Positions 22,133 to 32,726 of a stretch of 64,000 nt of DNA are shown piece by piece (position 1 is the stretch's first letter; the number at the start of each line of letters is the position of its first letter). The position numbers and the translations under genes were made by a program. The notes beneath the pieces were generated by a model, which worked only from the letters and a program-made list of their open reading frames with translations, made no database searches and was not told the DNA's origin. The DNA comes from a bacterium (GTDB taxonomy: Bacteria > UBA8248): the NCBI GenBank assembly GCA_965204535.1, contig CBDBEV010000001.1:1152001-1216000 (forward strand), read 5' to 3'.

Positions 22133-22918
22133 TTGAAGCTTCTTTTCGTCGGAGATGTCACGGGAAAAGTGGGCCGCCGGATGGCTTGCGCTCATCTGGG
22201 GGAACTCAGGGCAAAACACGCGGTGGACGTGTGTGTCATCAACGGGGAGAACGCGGCCGGCGGCTTCGGGATCAACAATACGCACGTCGATGAATTGCTC
22301 GATGCGGGGGCGGACGTCATCACCTCGGGGAATCACATCTGGAACCGCAAGGAGACGACCGATTTCATCTTGCGCGAACCCCGGCTGCTCCGGCCCGGGA
22401 ACTACCCGCCTCGAGCGCCGGGGAAGGGCGTCTTTGTCCTGGAATCCGAAAAAGGACGCATCGCCGTGTTGAACCTCATGGGCCGCGTCTTCATGCCGCC
22501 CATTGAATGTCCTTTCCGGGAAGCCGACGATCTCATCAGACGGGTGGAAGGAGAGACGAAGATGGTCATGGTCGATTTTCACGCGGAGGCTACGAGCGAG
22601 AAAGTGGCCATGGGCTGGCATCTCGACGGTCGCGTGAGCGCCGTCTTCGGCACGCATACACACATTCAGACGGCGGACGAGCGGGTACTGCCCAAGGGAA
22701 CGGCCTTCATCACGGACGTCGGCATGACGGGGCCGCGTAATTCCATCATCGGCATGAAGACAGAGATTGTTCTGGATAAATTCATATCCGGGCTTCCGCG
22801 CCGCTTCGAAGTGGCTGGAGGCGAGGGACAGCTCAACGGCGCGCTCGTCGAGATAGCCCCGGATACCGGAAAAGCGCTTTCGATCGAGCGTGTCCAGGTC
22901 TTGGAGGGAGAGCGCTAG
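22133..22918 (+). CDS. YmdB/TIGR00282-family metallophosphoesterase
   Basis: GDVTG, NGENAAGG, TSGNH, DFHAEATSEK, GTHTH; TTG start right after rny. Confidence 0.92.
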   Translation: MKLLFVGDVTGKVGRRMACAHLGELRAKHAVDVCVINGENAAGGFGINNTHVDELLDAGADVITSGNHIWNRKETTDFILREPRLLRPGNYPPRAPGKGVFVLESEKGRIAVLNLMGRVFMPPIECPFREADDLIRRVEGETKMVMVDFHAEATSEKVAMGWHLDGRVSAVFGTHTHIQTADERVLPKGTAFITDVGMTGPRNSIIGMKTEIVLDKFISGLPRRFEVAGGEGQLNGALVEIAPDTGKALSIERVQVLEGER

Positions 22919-22956
22919 CGGTCGCGCCCGTTTTCCCTTCATCCCCGATGAAGGTT

Positions 22957-23562
22957 TCAGTGTCCGTTTCTGTGAGTGGACTTCTCGTAGTCGGTGATGG
23001 CGAATCTGGAGGGTTCATCTTTTTTGAGAAATACGAGCAGCCGCTTCAGGCGCCATTCGAGGGAGCGCGACCCCAGGAAGGCCTGTTTTTCCCGAAGCGG
23101 CAGCCTGAGAACCTCGGCGACGGCGAAAGAAAGGCGGAGCGGGTCTTCCAGCAATTCATCGGGCAAATTCTGAGGCGCTGAACCGCTTTTTTCGAGAGCG
23201 TCCCACACCATCCGGCATAATTCCGTGGGGTCGTCGCCCTCCTCATCATGAAAATCGCTCACCTCCCCCTCGAAATAGGGCCGGGTGTCATAAACGCGGA
23301 AAACTTCGAAGCGCTGCTCGCCCAGGGTGAGGATGTTCATCCTGCCGTCGGGAAATTTTTCGAGTACCTGGGTGATGCGGGCCGCGCATCCGATTTTATG
23401 GATGCCGCCTTTCCCCACCAGAACAATCCCGAAGGGTGCGTCGTCCTCGATGCACTCGCCGATCATGATCTTGTAGCGTTCCTCGAAAATATGCAGGGGC
23501 AGTCGCTGACCCGGCAAGAGTACGACCTGAAGCGGGAACAGGGGCAGGCGATAGGTAGTCAT
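22957..23562 (-). CDS. Stand-alone LON peptidase substrate-binding-domain protein
   Basis: LPLFPL..VLLPG..LPLHIFEERY...DGR..I...G..RF. Confidence 0.85.
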   Translation of the reverse strand: MTTYRLPLFPLQVVLLPGQRLPLHIFEERYKIMIGECIEDDAPFGIVLVGKGGIHKIGCAARITQVLEKFPDGRMNILTLGEQRFEVFRVYDTRPYFEGEVSDFHDEEGDDPTELCRMVWDALEKSGSAPQNLPDELLEDPLRLSFAVAEVLRLPLREKQAFLGSRSLEWRLKRLLVFLKKDEPSRFAITDYEKSTHRNGH

Positions 23563-23758
23563 GAGAAAATTGTAACTTGAATCGCCCGATTTTGAAATTC
23601 GCGAGAAATTCTCCCGAAACCCGGCGCGATGGATATCGCTCCCTGCAATGGTCTTGCAATTCGCCTCTAGCTGGCCTGATTGCGCGCGAATATGATATTT
23701 TGTTCTCCCTTGAGACCAAGGCGTCATTCGGATTCTCGTTTTATGGAGGTTTCTCACG

Positions 23759-25387
23759 ATGAGCGAGCCGAGCATCGCCACGGCCCAAAGGGCTTGGAGC
23801 GAACGTGCGGAGGAAGGGGGTAGGGCCACCCTCTCGGGCATCGCGCTCCCGGCGTTTTTCGGTCCGGGGGAGGTGGATCCGGAAACCCCCGATGAGAAAC
23901 CGGGCGCGCATCCCTACACGCGCGGCATCTACGAGAACATGTACCGGGGCCGGCTCTGGACGATGCGCCAATACGCCGGTTTCGGCAGCGCGCGGGAGAG
24001 CAACCACCGCTACCGCTATCTCCTCGATCACGGACAGATGGGGATTTCCGTGGCGTTCGATCTGCCCACCCAGATAGGCTACGATCCGGATCATCCCCTG
24101 GTCTTTGGCGAAGTGGGCCGCGTGGGGGTGTCCATCGCCTCCATCGAAGACATGGAGGTTCTGCTCGACGACATCCCGCTGGACAAGATTTCTACTTCGA
24201 TGACCATCAACGCCACCGCGCCCATCCTGCTGGCCCTCTACGTCGCGGTGGCCGAGAAGCACGGCATTCCCTCCGAAGCGCTTCGGGGTACCGTGCAGAA
24301 CGACATTTTGAAGGAATACATCTCGCGCGGGACCTACATTTATCCACCCGAAGCGAGCCTGCGCCTCATCACCGACACCATGGAGTTCTGCAAGGACAGG
24401 GTTCCCAAATGGAACGCCATATCGATCAGCGGCTACCACATCCGCGAGGCGGGCTCGACCGCCGTTCAGGAGGTCGCCTTCACCCTCGCGAACGCCATCA
24501 CCTATGTGGAGGCCGCGGTCGCTTCAGGACTGAACGTGGATGAACTCGGCTCGCACATCTCGTTTTTCTTTAACGTCCACAATCATTTTCTGGAAGAAAT
24601 CGCAAAATTCCGCGCCGCGCGCAGGCTTTGGGCGCGGATCATGCGCGAGCGCTTCGGGGCGTGTTCGGAGAAGGCGTGTATGCTGCGGTTTCACTCCCAG
24701 ACCGCCGGCAGCGCGCTGACCGCCCAGCAGCCGAAAAACAACGTCGTGCGCGTCGCTCTTCAGGCGATGGCCGCTGTGCTGGGAGGCACGCAATCGCTTC
24801 ACACGAATTCGATGGACGAGGCGCTCTCCCTTCCCACGGAGGATGCCGCGAGGCTCGCGCTCAGGACCCAGCAGATACTCGCCGAGGAATCGAACGTGCC
24901 GAACGTGGCGGACCCGTGCGGCGGGGCGTACGCCATCGAGGCGCTGACGTCCGAAATTGTCTCCCGTGCAGAGGAGATCATTCAGCATATCGACGATATC
25001 GGCGGCATGCTCCACGCCATTGAGACGGGGTGGGTGCAGCACCAGATTCAGGACAGCGCCTATGCCTACCAGCGCCTCGTCGATGAGGGTGAGATGGTCG
25101 TCGTCGGCGTGAACCGCTATCAACAGGAGGAAGAGGCGCGCATCTCGACGCTCCAGATTCGCCCCGAGGTCGAAGGAGAACAGAAGGAGCGTGTCGAGTC
25201 GCTGAGGATACGGCGCCACGCCGATCGTACGAGCGAGGCGCTCGACGCCTTGAGCCACGCGGCCAGGAGCGATGACAATCTTCTGCCCTACATCCTGAGG
25301 GCGGTAAAGGCCGAGGCCACGGTCGGAGAAATCGCGGACACCATGCGTGAGGTTTTCGGCCTCTATCAGCAAGACGTCGCCATCTGA
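23759..25387 (+). CDS. Methylmalonyl-CoA mutase, catalytic (N-terminal) subunit of a split enzyme
   Basis: [47 protein letters not shown]; no DxHxxG B12 domain. Confidence 0.92.
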   Translation: MSEPSIATAQRAWSERAEEGGRATLSGIALPAFFGPGEVDPETPDEKPGAHPYTRGIYENMYRGRLWTMRQYAGFGSARESNHRYRYLLDHGQMGISVAFDLPTQIGYDPDHPLVFGEVGRVGVSIASIEDMEVLLDDIPLDKISTSMTINATAPILLALYVAVAEKHGIPSEALRGTVQNDILKEYISRGTYIYPPEASLRLITDTMEFCKDRVPKWNAISISGYHIREAGSTAVQEVAFTLANAITYVEAAVASGLNVDELGSHISFFFNVHNHFLEEIAKFRAARRLWARIMRERFGACSEKACMLRFHSQTAGSALTAQQPKNNVVRVALQAMAAVLGGTQSLHTNSMDEALSLPTEDAARLALRTQQILAEESNVPNVADPCGGAYAIEALTSEIVSRAEEIIQHIDDIGGMLHAIETGWVQHQIQDSAYAYQRLVDEGEMVVVGVNRYQQEEEARISTLQIRPEVEGEQKERVESLRIRRHADRTSEALDALSHAARSDDNLLPYILRAVKAEATVGEIADTMREVFGLYQQDVAI

Positions 25388-25453
25388 AGCGGACAGGATG
25401 TAACTTGCCGCTGAACTTTGGACATCAAAGGCATCATCTGGAGAAATGAATTT

Positions 25454-28099
25454 ATGAAGGGCAATGAAGTCCGCCAGAAATTTCTCGAATTCTTCGCCGA
25501 CGAGTCGCACAGGATCGTTCGCAGCTCCAGTCTGGTGCCCATGAACGACCCCACCTTGTTGTTCACCAACGCGGGCATGGTCCAGTTCAAGGACGTGTTC
25601 ACGGGACTGGAGAAGCGCGACTACTCCCGTGCGGTGAGTTCCCAGAAATGCCTGCGTGTGAGCGGCAAGCACAACGATTTGGAAAACGTTGGCCGAACGG
25701 CCCGGCACCACACATTTTTCGAGATGCTGGGCAACTTCTCCTTCGGCCAGTATTTCAAGGAAAAGGCGATCGAGTTCGGCTGGGAGTTTCTGATTAACCG
25801 CGTGGGTCTCGATGGGGATCGCATGTGGATCACCGTTTTCAGGGAGGACGACGAGGCGGCGGAGCTTTGGCAGCGGCTCGTCGGCGTCCCGCCCGAGCGC
25901 ATCGTCCGCATGGATGAGAAGGACAACTTTTGGGCGATGGGGGATACCGGTCCCTGCGGCCCCTGCTCGGAACTCATTTATGACCAGGGAGACCACATCG
26001 TCGGCGCGCCGCCTGGCAGCGGACACGAGGATGAGGACGGGGATCGTTATCTCGAACTCTGGAACCTGGTGTTCATGCAGTTCAACCGGGAGGCTTCGGG
26101 CAAGATGGAGCCGCTGCCCAAGCCCTCCGTCGATACGGGAATGGGCCTCGAACGCCTCGCGGCGGTGGTGCAGAAAGAAGACAGCAATTACCACACCGAC
26201 CTCTTGATGCCGCTCATTCATTCGGTCGAGGAGCGCTGCGGCAAGGAGTACACCGGCGGTGACGCTCCGAACGACGTTTCTTTCCGCGTCATCGCGGACC
26301 ACGTTCGTGCGGTCAGCTTCCTGGTGGCCGACGGCGTTCTGCCGAGCAACGAGGGCCGGGGCTATGTTCTGAGGCGCGTTGCGAGGCGCGCCTTGCGGCA
26401 CGGCAGGATGCTGGGCATCGAGGGGCCGTTCCTGCACCGGACCGTGGGCGTGGTGTCCGATATGATGGGTAATGCCTTCCCCGAACTCAGGGAGGGCTTG
26501 AGCTACATCTCCCGCGTCACGCTGGCCGAAGAAGAGAGGTTCGCCAACACCCTCGCGCAGGGCCAGCCGCGCATGGACACGCTGGCGGAAGAGGTGAAAT
26601 CATCGGGCAGCGCCACCATTCCGGGCGGGGAGGTGTTCACCCTGCTCGACACCTATGGCTATCCGTGGGATCTGGCGGTGGAAACGGCCGCATTCCATGG
26701 CCTCGAGATAGACCAGGGCGGTTTCGATGAGGCGATGGAGCAGCAGCGCGAGCGCGCCCGCGCCCACTGGAAGGGTTCGGGTGAGGCCGCCGTCGATGAA
26801 ATCTGGCATCAGGTGCGCGATGAGACGGGCGCGAACGAATTCACCGGTTATGATCACGATGAGGAAGAAGCCCAGGTACGCGCCATCATCTTGGATGGCG
26901 CGCTGTATGGTGAAGCCGGCGAGGGAACCGAGGCGCGCGTCGTTCTCGACAAGACGCCGTTTTACGGCGAAGCGGGCGGACAGGAAGGTGACAAGGGCGG
27001 GTTTTCCTGGGCCGATGGCGCCGCGCTCGTGCTCGACACGCAGAAACCGCTCCCCGACGTGTATGTTCATCACGTCAAGGTGACGGAAGGAACCTTGAAG
27101 AAGGGGCAAAGTCTTGCTGCGCGAATCGACGCGGAGAGACGCGATCTTTTAAGACGCAATCACTCGGCCACCCACCTGCTGCAATACGCGCTGCGCCAGG
27201 TTCTGGGAGATCATGTAAAACAGGCGGGTTCTCACCTCTCGCCCGAGAGGCTTCGTTTCGACTACACCCACTTCACGGCGATGACGGCGCGCGAGCGCGA
27301 AAGGGTGGAGGACATCGTGAACGAGCGCATTCGCGAGAACGCGGGCGTAGAGACGCGCCACATGTCGATAGACGACGCCCTGGCTGCAGGCGCGACGGCG
27401 CTCTTCGGCGAGCGGTATGGAGAAGACGTGCGCGTCGTCTCCGTCGGCGATTTCAGCATGGAGCTTTGCGGGGGTACGCACGCGCGCGCCGCGGGCGATA
27501 TCGGGGTTTTCCGCATCTTGCACGAAGGCAGCGTGGCTGCCGGGGTGAGGCGCATCGAAGCCTTGACGGGCGAGGGTGCACTCTTGCAAGCCCGCAAGGA
27601 ACAATACGTTCTCTCTGAAATCGGGGAACTCACGAGAGCGGCGCCGCTTGAGGAAGCCGAGCGGGTGAGGCGCCTGCTCGATCGCGTGAAGACGCTTGAG
27701 CGTGAACTCAAGGATTCGCGCGACAGGCAATCACGCGATGAGATGGGCGATCTGGCTTCCGAGGCCAAAGAAATTTCAGGCGTCAAGCTCCTTGCCGTGA
27801 GGCGCGACGGACTTCAGGCGGGCGATTTGCGCGGAATCGTCGACGCGGCGAAGGGGAAGCTGCAAAGCGGCGTCGCTGTGGTCGCCGCCGTGACGGACGG
27901 GAAGGTCGCCATCGCCGCGGGCGTAACGAAAGACCTCACGTCTCGCATTCATGCCGGGAACCTGGTGAAAGAGGTGGCCTCGCTCGTCGGCGGCAGAGGC
28001 GGGGGCCGGCAGGACTTTGCGCAAGCGGGCGGCAAGGACGTCGAAAAGGTGGACGACGCCCTCGCCGCCGTTCCCGGACTCATCGAGAAAATGAAATAA
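25454..28099 (+). CDS. alaS: Alanine--tRNA ligase
   Basis: DPTLLFTNAGMVQFK, HHTFFEMLGNFSFG, NHSATHLL, ELCGGTH, GGRGGG. Confidence 0.98.
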   Translation: MKGNEVRQKFLEFFADESHRIVRSSSLVPMNDPTLLFTNAGMVQFKDVFTGLEKRDYSRAVSSQKCLRVSGKHNDLENVGRTARHHTFFEMLGNFSFGQYFKEKAIEFGWEFLINRVGLDGDRMWITVFREDDEAAELWQRLVGVPPERIVRMDEKDNFWAMGDTGPCGPCSELIYDQGDHIVGAPPGSGHEDEDGDRYLELWNLVFMQFNREASGKMEPLPKPSVDTGMGLERLAAVVQKEDSNYHTDLLMPLIHSVEERCGKEYTGGDAPNDVSFRVIADHVRAVSFLVADGVLPSNEGRGYVLRRVARRALRHGRMLGIEGPFLHRTVGVVSDMMGNAFPELREGLSYISRVTLAEEERFANTLAQGQPRMDTLAEEVKSSGSATIPGGEVFTLLDTYGYPWDLAVETAAFHGLEIDQGGFDEAMEQQRERARAHWKGSGEAAVDEIWHQVRDETGANEFTGYDHDEEEAQVRAIILDGALYGEAGEGTEARVVLDKTPFYGEAGGQEGDKGGFSWADGAALVLDTQKPLPDVYVHHVKVTEGTLKKGQSLAARIDAERRDLLRRNHSATHLLQYALRQVLGDHVKQAGSHLSPERLRFDYTHFTAMTARERERVEDIVNERIRENAGVETRHMSIDDALAAGATALFGERYGEDVRVVSVGDFSMELCGGTHARAAGDIGVFRILHEGSVAAGVRRIEALTGEGALLQARKEQYVLSEIGELTRAAPLEEAERVRRLLDRVKTLERELKDSRDRQSRDEMGDLASEAKEISGVKLLAVRRDGLQAGDLRGIVDAAKGKLQSGVAVVAAVTDGKVAIAAGVTKDLTSRIHAGNLVKEVASLVGGRGGGRQDFAQAGGKDVEKVDDALAAVPGLIEKMK

Positions 28100-28145
28100 T
28101 CACCGCATAGCCGCGCTTGGTTCAGGCGGGTTTATTGCAGCATTT

Positions 28146-29345
28146 TTGTTTCGGAGAACGTTTTTGAGAGATACGGCCGTGGCCGGCGCCGTTCCAGAGC
28201 GCCTCAAGAAAAGAAGAATCTCCGTCCTCATCGTCGCCCACGTCGCGAACGACAGCTATTTCGGTTTTCTCCCGCCGCTGCTCCCCCTCATCGTGGAGCG
28301 CATGGACCTGCCCTTGAGTCTGGCGGGCCTTCTGGCGACCACGCTTTCCGTCACCGGCGCCGTGGGTCAGCCTCTTTTCGGCTATTTCGCCGACAGGATC
28401 AGGAAAGGATGGCTTCTGGCGCTCGGGCCGCTGGGCGGCGCGCTTCTGGCGTTCATGCTCTACATGCCGAATTTCTGGATACTCATGCTCCTCATGCTGA
28501 TCGCGGGTTCGGGGTCGGCCTGTTTTCATCCCGTGGCTTCTGTCATCGCCGGTCAGTCTGCCGGCGCGAGGAAAGGGTTCGGCATGTCGCTCTACGTCGC
28601 AGGTGGCCGCCTGGGCGTGGGGATAGGTTCGGGGATGGCGACGTTCATCGTCACCCGGTGGGGTATCGACGCCATGCCGTACGCCAGCCTCGTCGGCATC
28701 ATTATCGGGCTTCCCTTGTTTTTCTTTTCTCCGCCTATCCGTGACGTCGGGCGCGGGGCTTCGCAAACTTTCATGCAGACGATGCGCACGCTCCGGATCG
28801 TGTTTCGTCCGCTTTTCCTGTTGTGGGTCGTGAACCTGTGCCGCACCACGGTGACGATGACGGTGCAGGTATTCTTGCCGATTTACATTATCGCCAAAGG
28901 CGGTTCGCTGGCCGCGGGTGGAACGGCCGTCACCCTGTTTCTGGTCGCCGCGGCGATAGGCGGCATCTACGGCGGACATCTCTCCGACATCTTCGGCAGG
29001 CGGATCGTGACGATCATGTCCATCTGCGTGGGCACGCCCGCTTTGGGCCTGGCCTTTCTGTTCGATGAGCCCTTGCGGACCGTCTTCGTCATACTCTCGG
29101 GCGCCGCTTTCTATGCGCAGATGGGGGTTTCTGTGACGTACGCGCAGGAGATCGCCCCCGAACACGCTGCCTTGGTGAGCAGCTTCATGCTCGGGGTGGT
29201 CTGGTTCGTGGCGAGCATCGGGATGATCGCCGTGGGCGGCCTGGCTGATTACATCGGTGTGGAAACGGCCCTGCCCCTGGTCTGCATGGCGTTCGGCGTC
29301 GTGGGTTCGTTCCTCTCTTTCGGACTACCCAAAGAGACGGCTTAG
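28146..29345 (+). CDS. MFS transporter (Fsr-like)
   Basis: About 12 hydrophobic segments; H..ND.Y, QPLFGYFADR, FHP motifs; start uncertain. Confidence 0.85.
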   Translation: MFRRTFLRDTAVAGAVPERLKKRRISVLIVAHVANDSYFGFLPPLLPLIVERMDLPLSLAGLLATTLSVTGAVGQPLFGYFADRIRKGWLLALGPLGGALLAFMLYMPNFWILMLLMLIAGSGSACFHPVASVIAGQSAGARKGFGMSLYVAGGRLGVGIGSGMATFIVTRWGIDAMPYASLVGIIIGLPLFFFSPPIRDVGRGASQTFMQTMRTLRIVFRPLFLLWVVNLCRTTVTMTVQVFLPIYIIAKGGSLAAGGTAVTLFLVAAAIGGIYGGHLSDIFGRRIVTIMSICVGTPALGLAFLFDEPLRTVFVILSGAAFYAQMGVSVTYAQEIAPEHAALVSSFMLGVVWFVASIGMIAVGGLADYIGVETALPLVCMAFGVVGSFLSFGLPKETA

Positions 29346-29349
29346 AGAC

Positions 29350-29742
29350 ATGTCGAAAAATTTCAAACCCCTGGCCGTGGAACGCGAGATAGCCGAGGAG
29401 ATGGCTTCAACGCTCGGCCGCATCGGCAGCGAGTTCTCCAAGCACCATCAGAGGGCGTGGGCTGCCTGGCGCGCCTGGGAGAAGGGGCAAGAGTTCGGCG
29501 ATAATATCAGGGAAAGGCTCGAGCGCGCGCTCCATGGCGCGATGGATGAAGCGGAACGCTACCGGTATTTCCTCATCGTGCAAAGAGAGGCGATGGGACT
29601 TCGAAACCATGCGGAGGTGAACCGCAAATACCCGCTGCCTCGCGTGCCGGGCAGGCCGCCCGCGGCGGGCGACCCCACTAGCCCTCGTCTCGCTTGGCCC
29701 GGAGGATTTTCACGAGGTTGGCGTAGGAAGTTCTCCGGATGA
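29350..29742 (+). CDS. Hypothetical protein (DUF6665-like)
   Basis: EIAEEMASTLGR...YFLIVQREAMGL..H..V...YP pattern; 3' end overlaps mlaC on the opposite strand. Confidence 0.55.
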   Translation: MSKNFKPLAVEREIAEEMASTLGRIGSEFSKHHQRAWAAWRAWEKGQEFGDNIRERLERALHGAMDEAERYRYFLIVQREAMGLRNHAEVNRKYPLPRVPGRPPAAGDPTSPRLAWPGGFSRGWRRKFSG

Positions 29743-30283
29743 TGGAGCGGAACTGGTCGCGGTAGTTTTTCACCAGGCTCACGCCCTCCACCACAACGTC
29801 GTAGACGCGCCATTCGCCTCCCACTTTGTGCAGGCGGTAGACGATGTCGACCTCTTTCTTGTCCATTGTGATGATGACGGTGTTGACCTTGGCGAATTCC
29901 TCGTCGATGCTCTCTTTTCCGAGAACGACTTTCTCGTTGGTGTAGCTTTCCAGCGTGCCGGCGTAGTTGCGTTCCATGAAATAGCTGAAAAGCTCGATGA
30001 ATTCGGTCTTCTCCTCGGGCGTGCGTTTTCTCCACGCCCTCGCGAGGCTTCGCCGGGACATTTCCTCGAAATCAAAGTGCCTGTGGATGATCTTGCGCAT
30101 CCGGTTTCTGCGCTCCGCTTTTTTCTCGGGCGCCTTCAAATCGGGCTGGCCGAGGATCTCCAACACCCCGTGTATCCCCTTTCGCACCACTTCGGACGGC
30201 TCTCCCGCCTGAGCGAGCGGCGCGAGAAGCGCACAGGCGAATAGGGTGGCCATAAGAAGCTGTAGACGCTTTTTCAAAAGCAT
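29678..30283 (-). CDS. mlaC: MlaC/Ttg2D phospholipid-binding protein
   Basis: Signal peptide; FDFEEMSRRSL...WRVYDVVVEGVSLVKNYRDQF. Confidence 0.88.
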   Translation of the reverse strand: MLLKKRLQLLMATLFACALLAPLAQAGEPSEVVRKGIHGVLEILGQPDLKAPEKKAERRNRMRKIIHRHFDFEEMSRRSLARAWRKRTPEEKTEFIELFSYFMERNYAGTLESYTNEKVVLGKESIDEEFAKVNTVIITMDKKEVDIVYRLHKVGGEWRVYDVVVEGVSLVKNYRDQFRSIIRRTSYANLVKILRAKRDEG

Positions 30284-30456
30284 GGGTTCTCCTCGTGGGG
30301 GAATGACTGAATTCGGGCGTGGCGGCAAAACGTGGATGATGTAACGATGTTTATATGTTTTCCGGCTCTCTCGATTCTGGGTCCGCTAGCGCGAAGCACT
30401 CATTGACGAACAGATTGTCGGTCATCTTCCAGTGTTTTTTCAGGCGGCGATGCCCG

Positions 30457-30906
30457 TCATTTCTTCTTCACGTTGCCGAAAATAAAGTCGCCGATGAGTT
30501 TCTCGATGTCAACCGGGGGTTCCGTCTCGCGAATCCGTCCGCCGGGGGAGATGATTTTTTCCGACCCTCCCTGGCTTAAGCTCACGTATTTGTCACCCAG
30601 GACGCCTTTCGTGCGAATGGAGGCGATGGAATCACGCGAGAGTTTGATGCTCTCATTGATGCGGAGCGTGATTCTCGCATCCTCCCCGTCGAGGGAGATT
30701 CCGCTCACCCGCCCGACGCGTACGCCCGCCATTTCGACCGAAGCGCCACTTCTCAAACCCGTGGCGGACGTGAAATTCGCCGAGACCTCATAGGTGCCGT
30801 CATCGAAAATATCCAGGCCGCCGAGGTTGATTGAAAGATAGGCGAGCGCGAGGATTCCCGCCAGAACGAATATGCCGACGCCGAATTCCACGTTTTTCCG
30901 GTACAA
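30457..30906 (-). CDS. mlaD: MlaD (MCE) protein
   Basis: VGIFVL TM, GLRSGASVEMAGVRVGRV, IRTKGVLGDKYV; TTG start. Confidence 0.9.
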   Translation of the reverse strand: MYRKNVEFGVGIFVLAGILALAYLSINLGGLDIFDDGTYEVSANFTSATGLRSGASVEMAGVRVGRVSGISLDGEDARITLRINESIKLSRDSIASIRTKGVLGDKYVSLSQGGSEKIISPGGRIRETEPPVDIEKLIGDFIFGNVKKK

Positions 30907-30920
30907 GGCTCGTTCCTTCT

Positions 30921-31709
30921 TCAAATGAGAATCGAGGTGAGGAAATAATCGCCCACCAGTATCAGGACGGAAGAGAGCACCACGGCCGAGGTGGTCGCCT
31001 TGCCCACTCCCTCGGCCCCGTGACCGCAATGATACCCTTTATAGCAGCAGACCCATGTGACGATCAGGCCGAAGACGATCGATTTCCATAAGCCTACGTT
31101 GATGTCGGCCATCTCGATCTTGTCCTGCATTTCTCCGAAAAAGGTGCCCGAACTCAAGCCCATCAACTCCACGCCCACGAGATAGGCCCCGAATATGCCG
31201 ATGAGGTCGCAAAGCGCCGTCAGCAGGGGGAATACTATCACGCCCGCGAGCAGTCGGGGAGAAACGAGGCGCTGCAGGGGGTTTACGGCCATGCTCTTAA
31301 GAGCGTCCACTTGTTCTGTGATCTGCATGATGCCGATTTCGGCCGTCATGGCCGATCCCGCCCTGCCAGTGACGACGAGAGCTGTGAGCACGGGTCCGAG
31401 TTCACGGATGAGGCTGAAGGCGACGGCGGGACCCAGGAAAGCTTCGGAGCCGAATTTCCTGAAAGCGTAAATGCCCTGCAGCGCCAGCACCATTCCTGTG
31501 AACAAGCCGCTCAGCAGGACGATGGAGAGCGAACCCGTGCCGACGATGTATATCTGGCGTATCAAGAGCGAGGGTCGCCAGGGAGGTGCGAAAATCCAAC
31601 GCACGGATTCGAGCAGGAAGACCGCGGCGCTTCCCATGCCGGCGATGATCTCCATCGCGCGCCGGCCAAGTGTCCGGATGCCTTGTGTCACCATTGCCGG
31701 GGAACTCAT
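30921..31709 (-). CDS. mlaE: MlaE lipid ABC permease
   Basis: RELGPVLTALVVTGRAGSAMTAEIG.M..TEQVDAL. Confidence 0.93.
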   Translation of the reverse strand: MSSPAMVTQGIRTLGRRAMEIIAGMGSAAVFLLESVRWIFAPPWRPSLLIRQIYIVGTGSLSIVLLSGLFTGMVLALQGIYAFRKFGSEAFLGPAVAFSLIRELGPVLTALVVTGRAGSAMTAEIGIMQITEQVDALKSMAVNPLQRLVSPRLLAGVIVFPLLTALCDLIGIFGAYLVGVELMGLSSGTFFGEMQDKIEMADINVGLWKSIVFGLIVTWVCCYKGYHCGHGAEGVGKATTSAVVLSSVLILVGDYFLTSILI

Positions 31710-31892
31710 GGGGCTTGCCTTCTATTCCTCATCATGAGCGAGTATAGTGTCGTCATCGGTTGCGGGGCGGTTTCCACGAGCGATCTCGCGATTCGCAGGG
31801 CGGCGGAAGCAGGTTCCTAGTGTATCGTTCCTGAAGGATGGAGATCAACGCCGGCACTGGCGCCCACATTCTTCTAAGGGTTTGTTTTTTAT

Positions 31893-32717
31893 ATGAAAAA
31901 TACAGCACTCGGGCCCCTTTCCAGATATATCGAATACGGTGTGCGCAACCATGCGGCGGATTTTGTGCAGATCACCCGCCTTTTCGTCGCAATTTACGTG
32001 CCCGTATCCATGATCGCGCTCTCGGTGCATCCTTCGATCAAATCGCTGATGGAGCCCGAGGCGAACCTGATGCTGCTTTTCCCGCTGATGATCGCCTCCC
32101 AGCTTCTCTTGCGCATATTGCAGGTGTTCTTGTTCATTCTCCTGATAATGCGGGTTGAATCCGAGCGCACGGGCGATGGAGCTGTTTGGGACATCGCCGA
32201 GGCCGTGAATCGCCTGAAAGCCGTCGCCAAGGTGGACTTGGCTTATACCTTTGGTTTGCAGTTGCTGGGCGTCATCGGGTTTGCGGCGTCGTTGTTCATA
32301 TTCACTTTTATCTTCGGAGACTCACCCATCGGGCTTCCGTTCTCGTTCGCCGTCACGATTTTTCTCGTTCTCACGCCTGCGGTTCGGTATTATTTCTGCA
32401 CCCTGACCGCATTGTTGTATGGGGATGACTTTGCCCAGGCATTCCGTCGCGCCGGGATGATATCGAGTGGAGGCGAGAGGACCATCGTTGTTCTGGCGAT
32501 GGTCTATCTACTGGCCTGGTTCATACTCTGGCAGGTGATACAGGGGATATTCGGCGGAGGTCTCTTGGGGCAGGTCCTGTTGCAGACGGGGGTGATGGTG
32601 ACTTCGATCTCGTACTATCTGGCGGGATATCTCTTGTTTTCGGATCTCTGCCAGGCGGCGAGCGAGAGGCGCATGGATGAAACGAAGGAAATTCCCGAAG
32701 ACGCGGGCGACGCCTAG
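31893..32717 (+). CDS. Hypothetical multi-pass membrane protein
   Basis: About 6 hydrophobic segments; family not recognised. Confidence 0.65.
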   Translation: MKNTALGPLSRYIEYGVRNHAADFVQITRLFVAIYVPVSMIALSVHPSIKSLMEPEANLMLLFPLMIASQLLLRILQVFLFILLIMRVESERTGDGAVWDIAEAVNRLKAVAKVDLAYTFGLQLLGVIGFAASLFIFTFIFGDSPIGLPFSFAVTIFLVLTPAVRYYFCTLTALLYGDDFAQAFRRAGMISSGGERTIVVLAMVYLLAWFILWQVIQGIFGGGLLGQVLLQTGVMVTSISYYLAGYLLFSDLCQAASERRMDETKEIPEDAGDA

Positions 32718-32726
32718 CGCAAGTTT

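Noticed and set aside
29678-31709. mlaEDC lacking mlaF as a novel system
   Set aside because: Split mla operons are common; the ATPase is probably encoded elsewhere.
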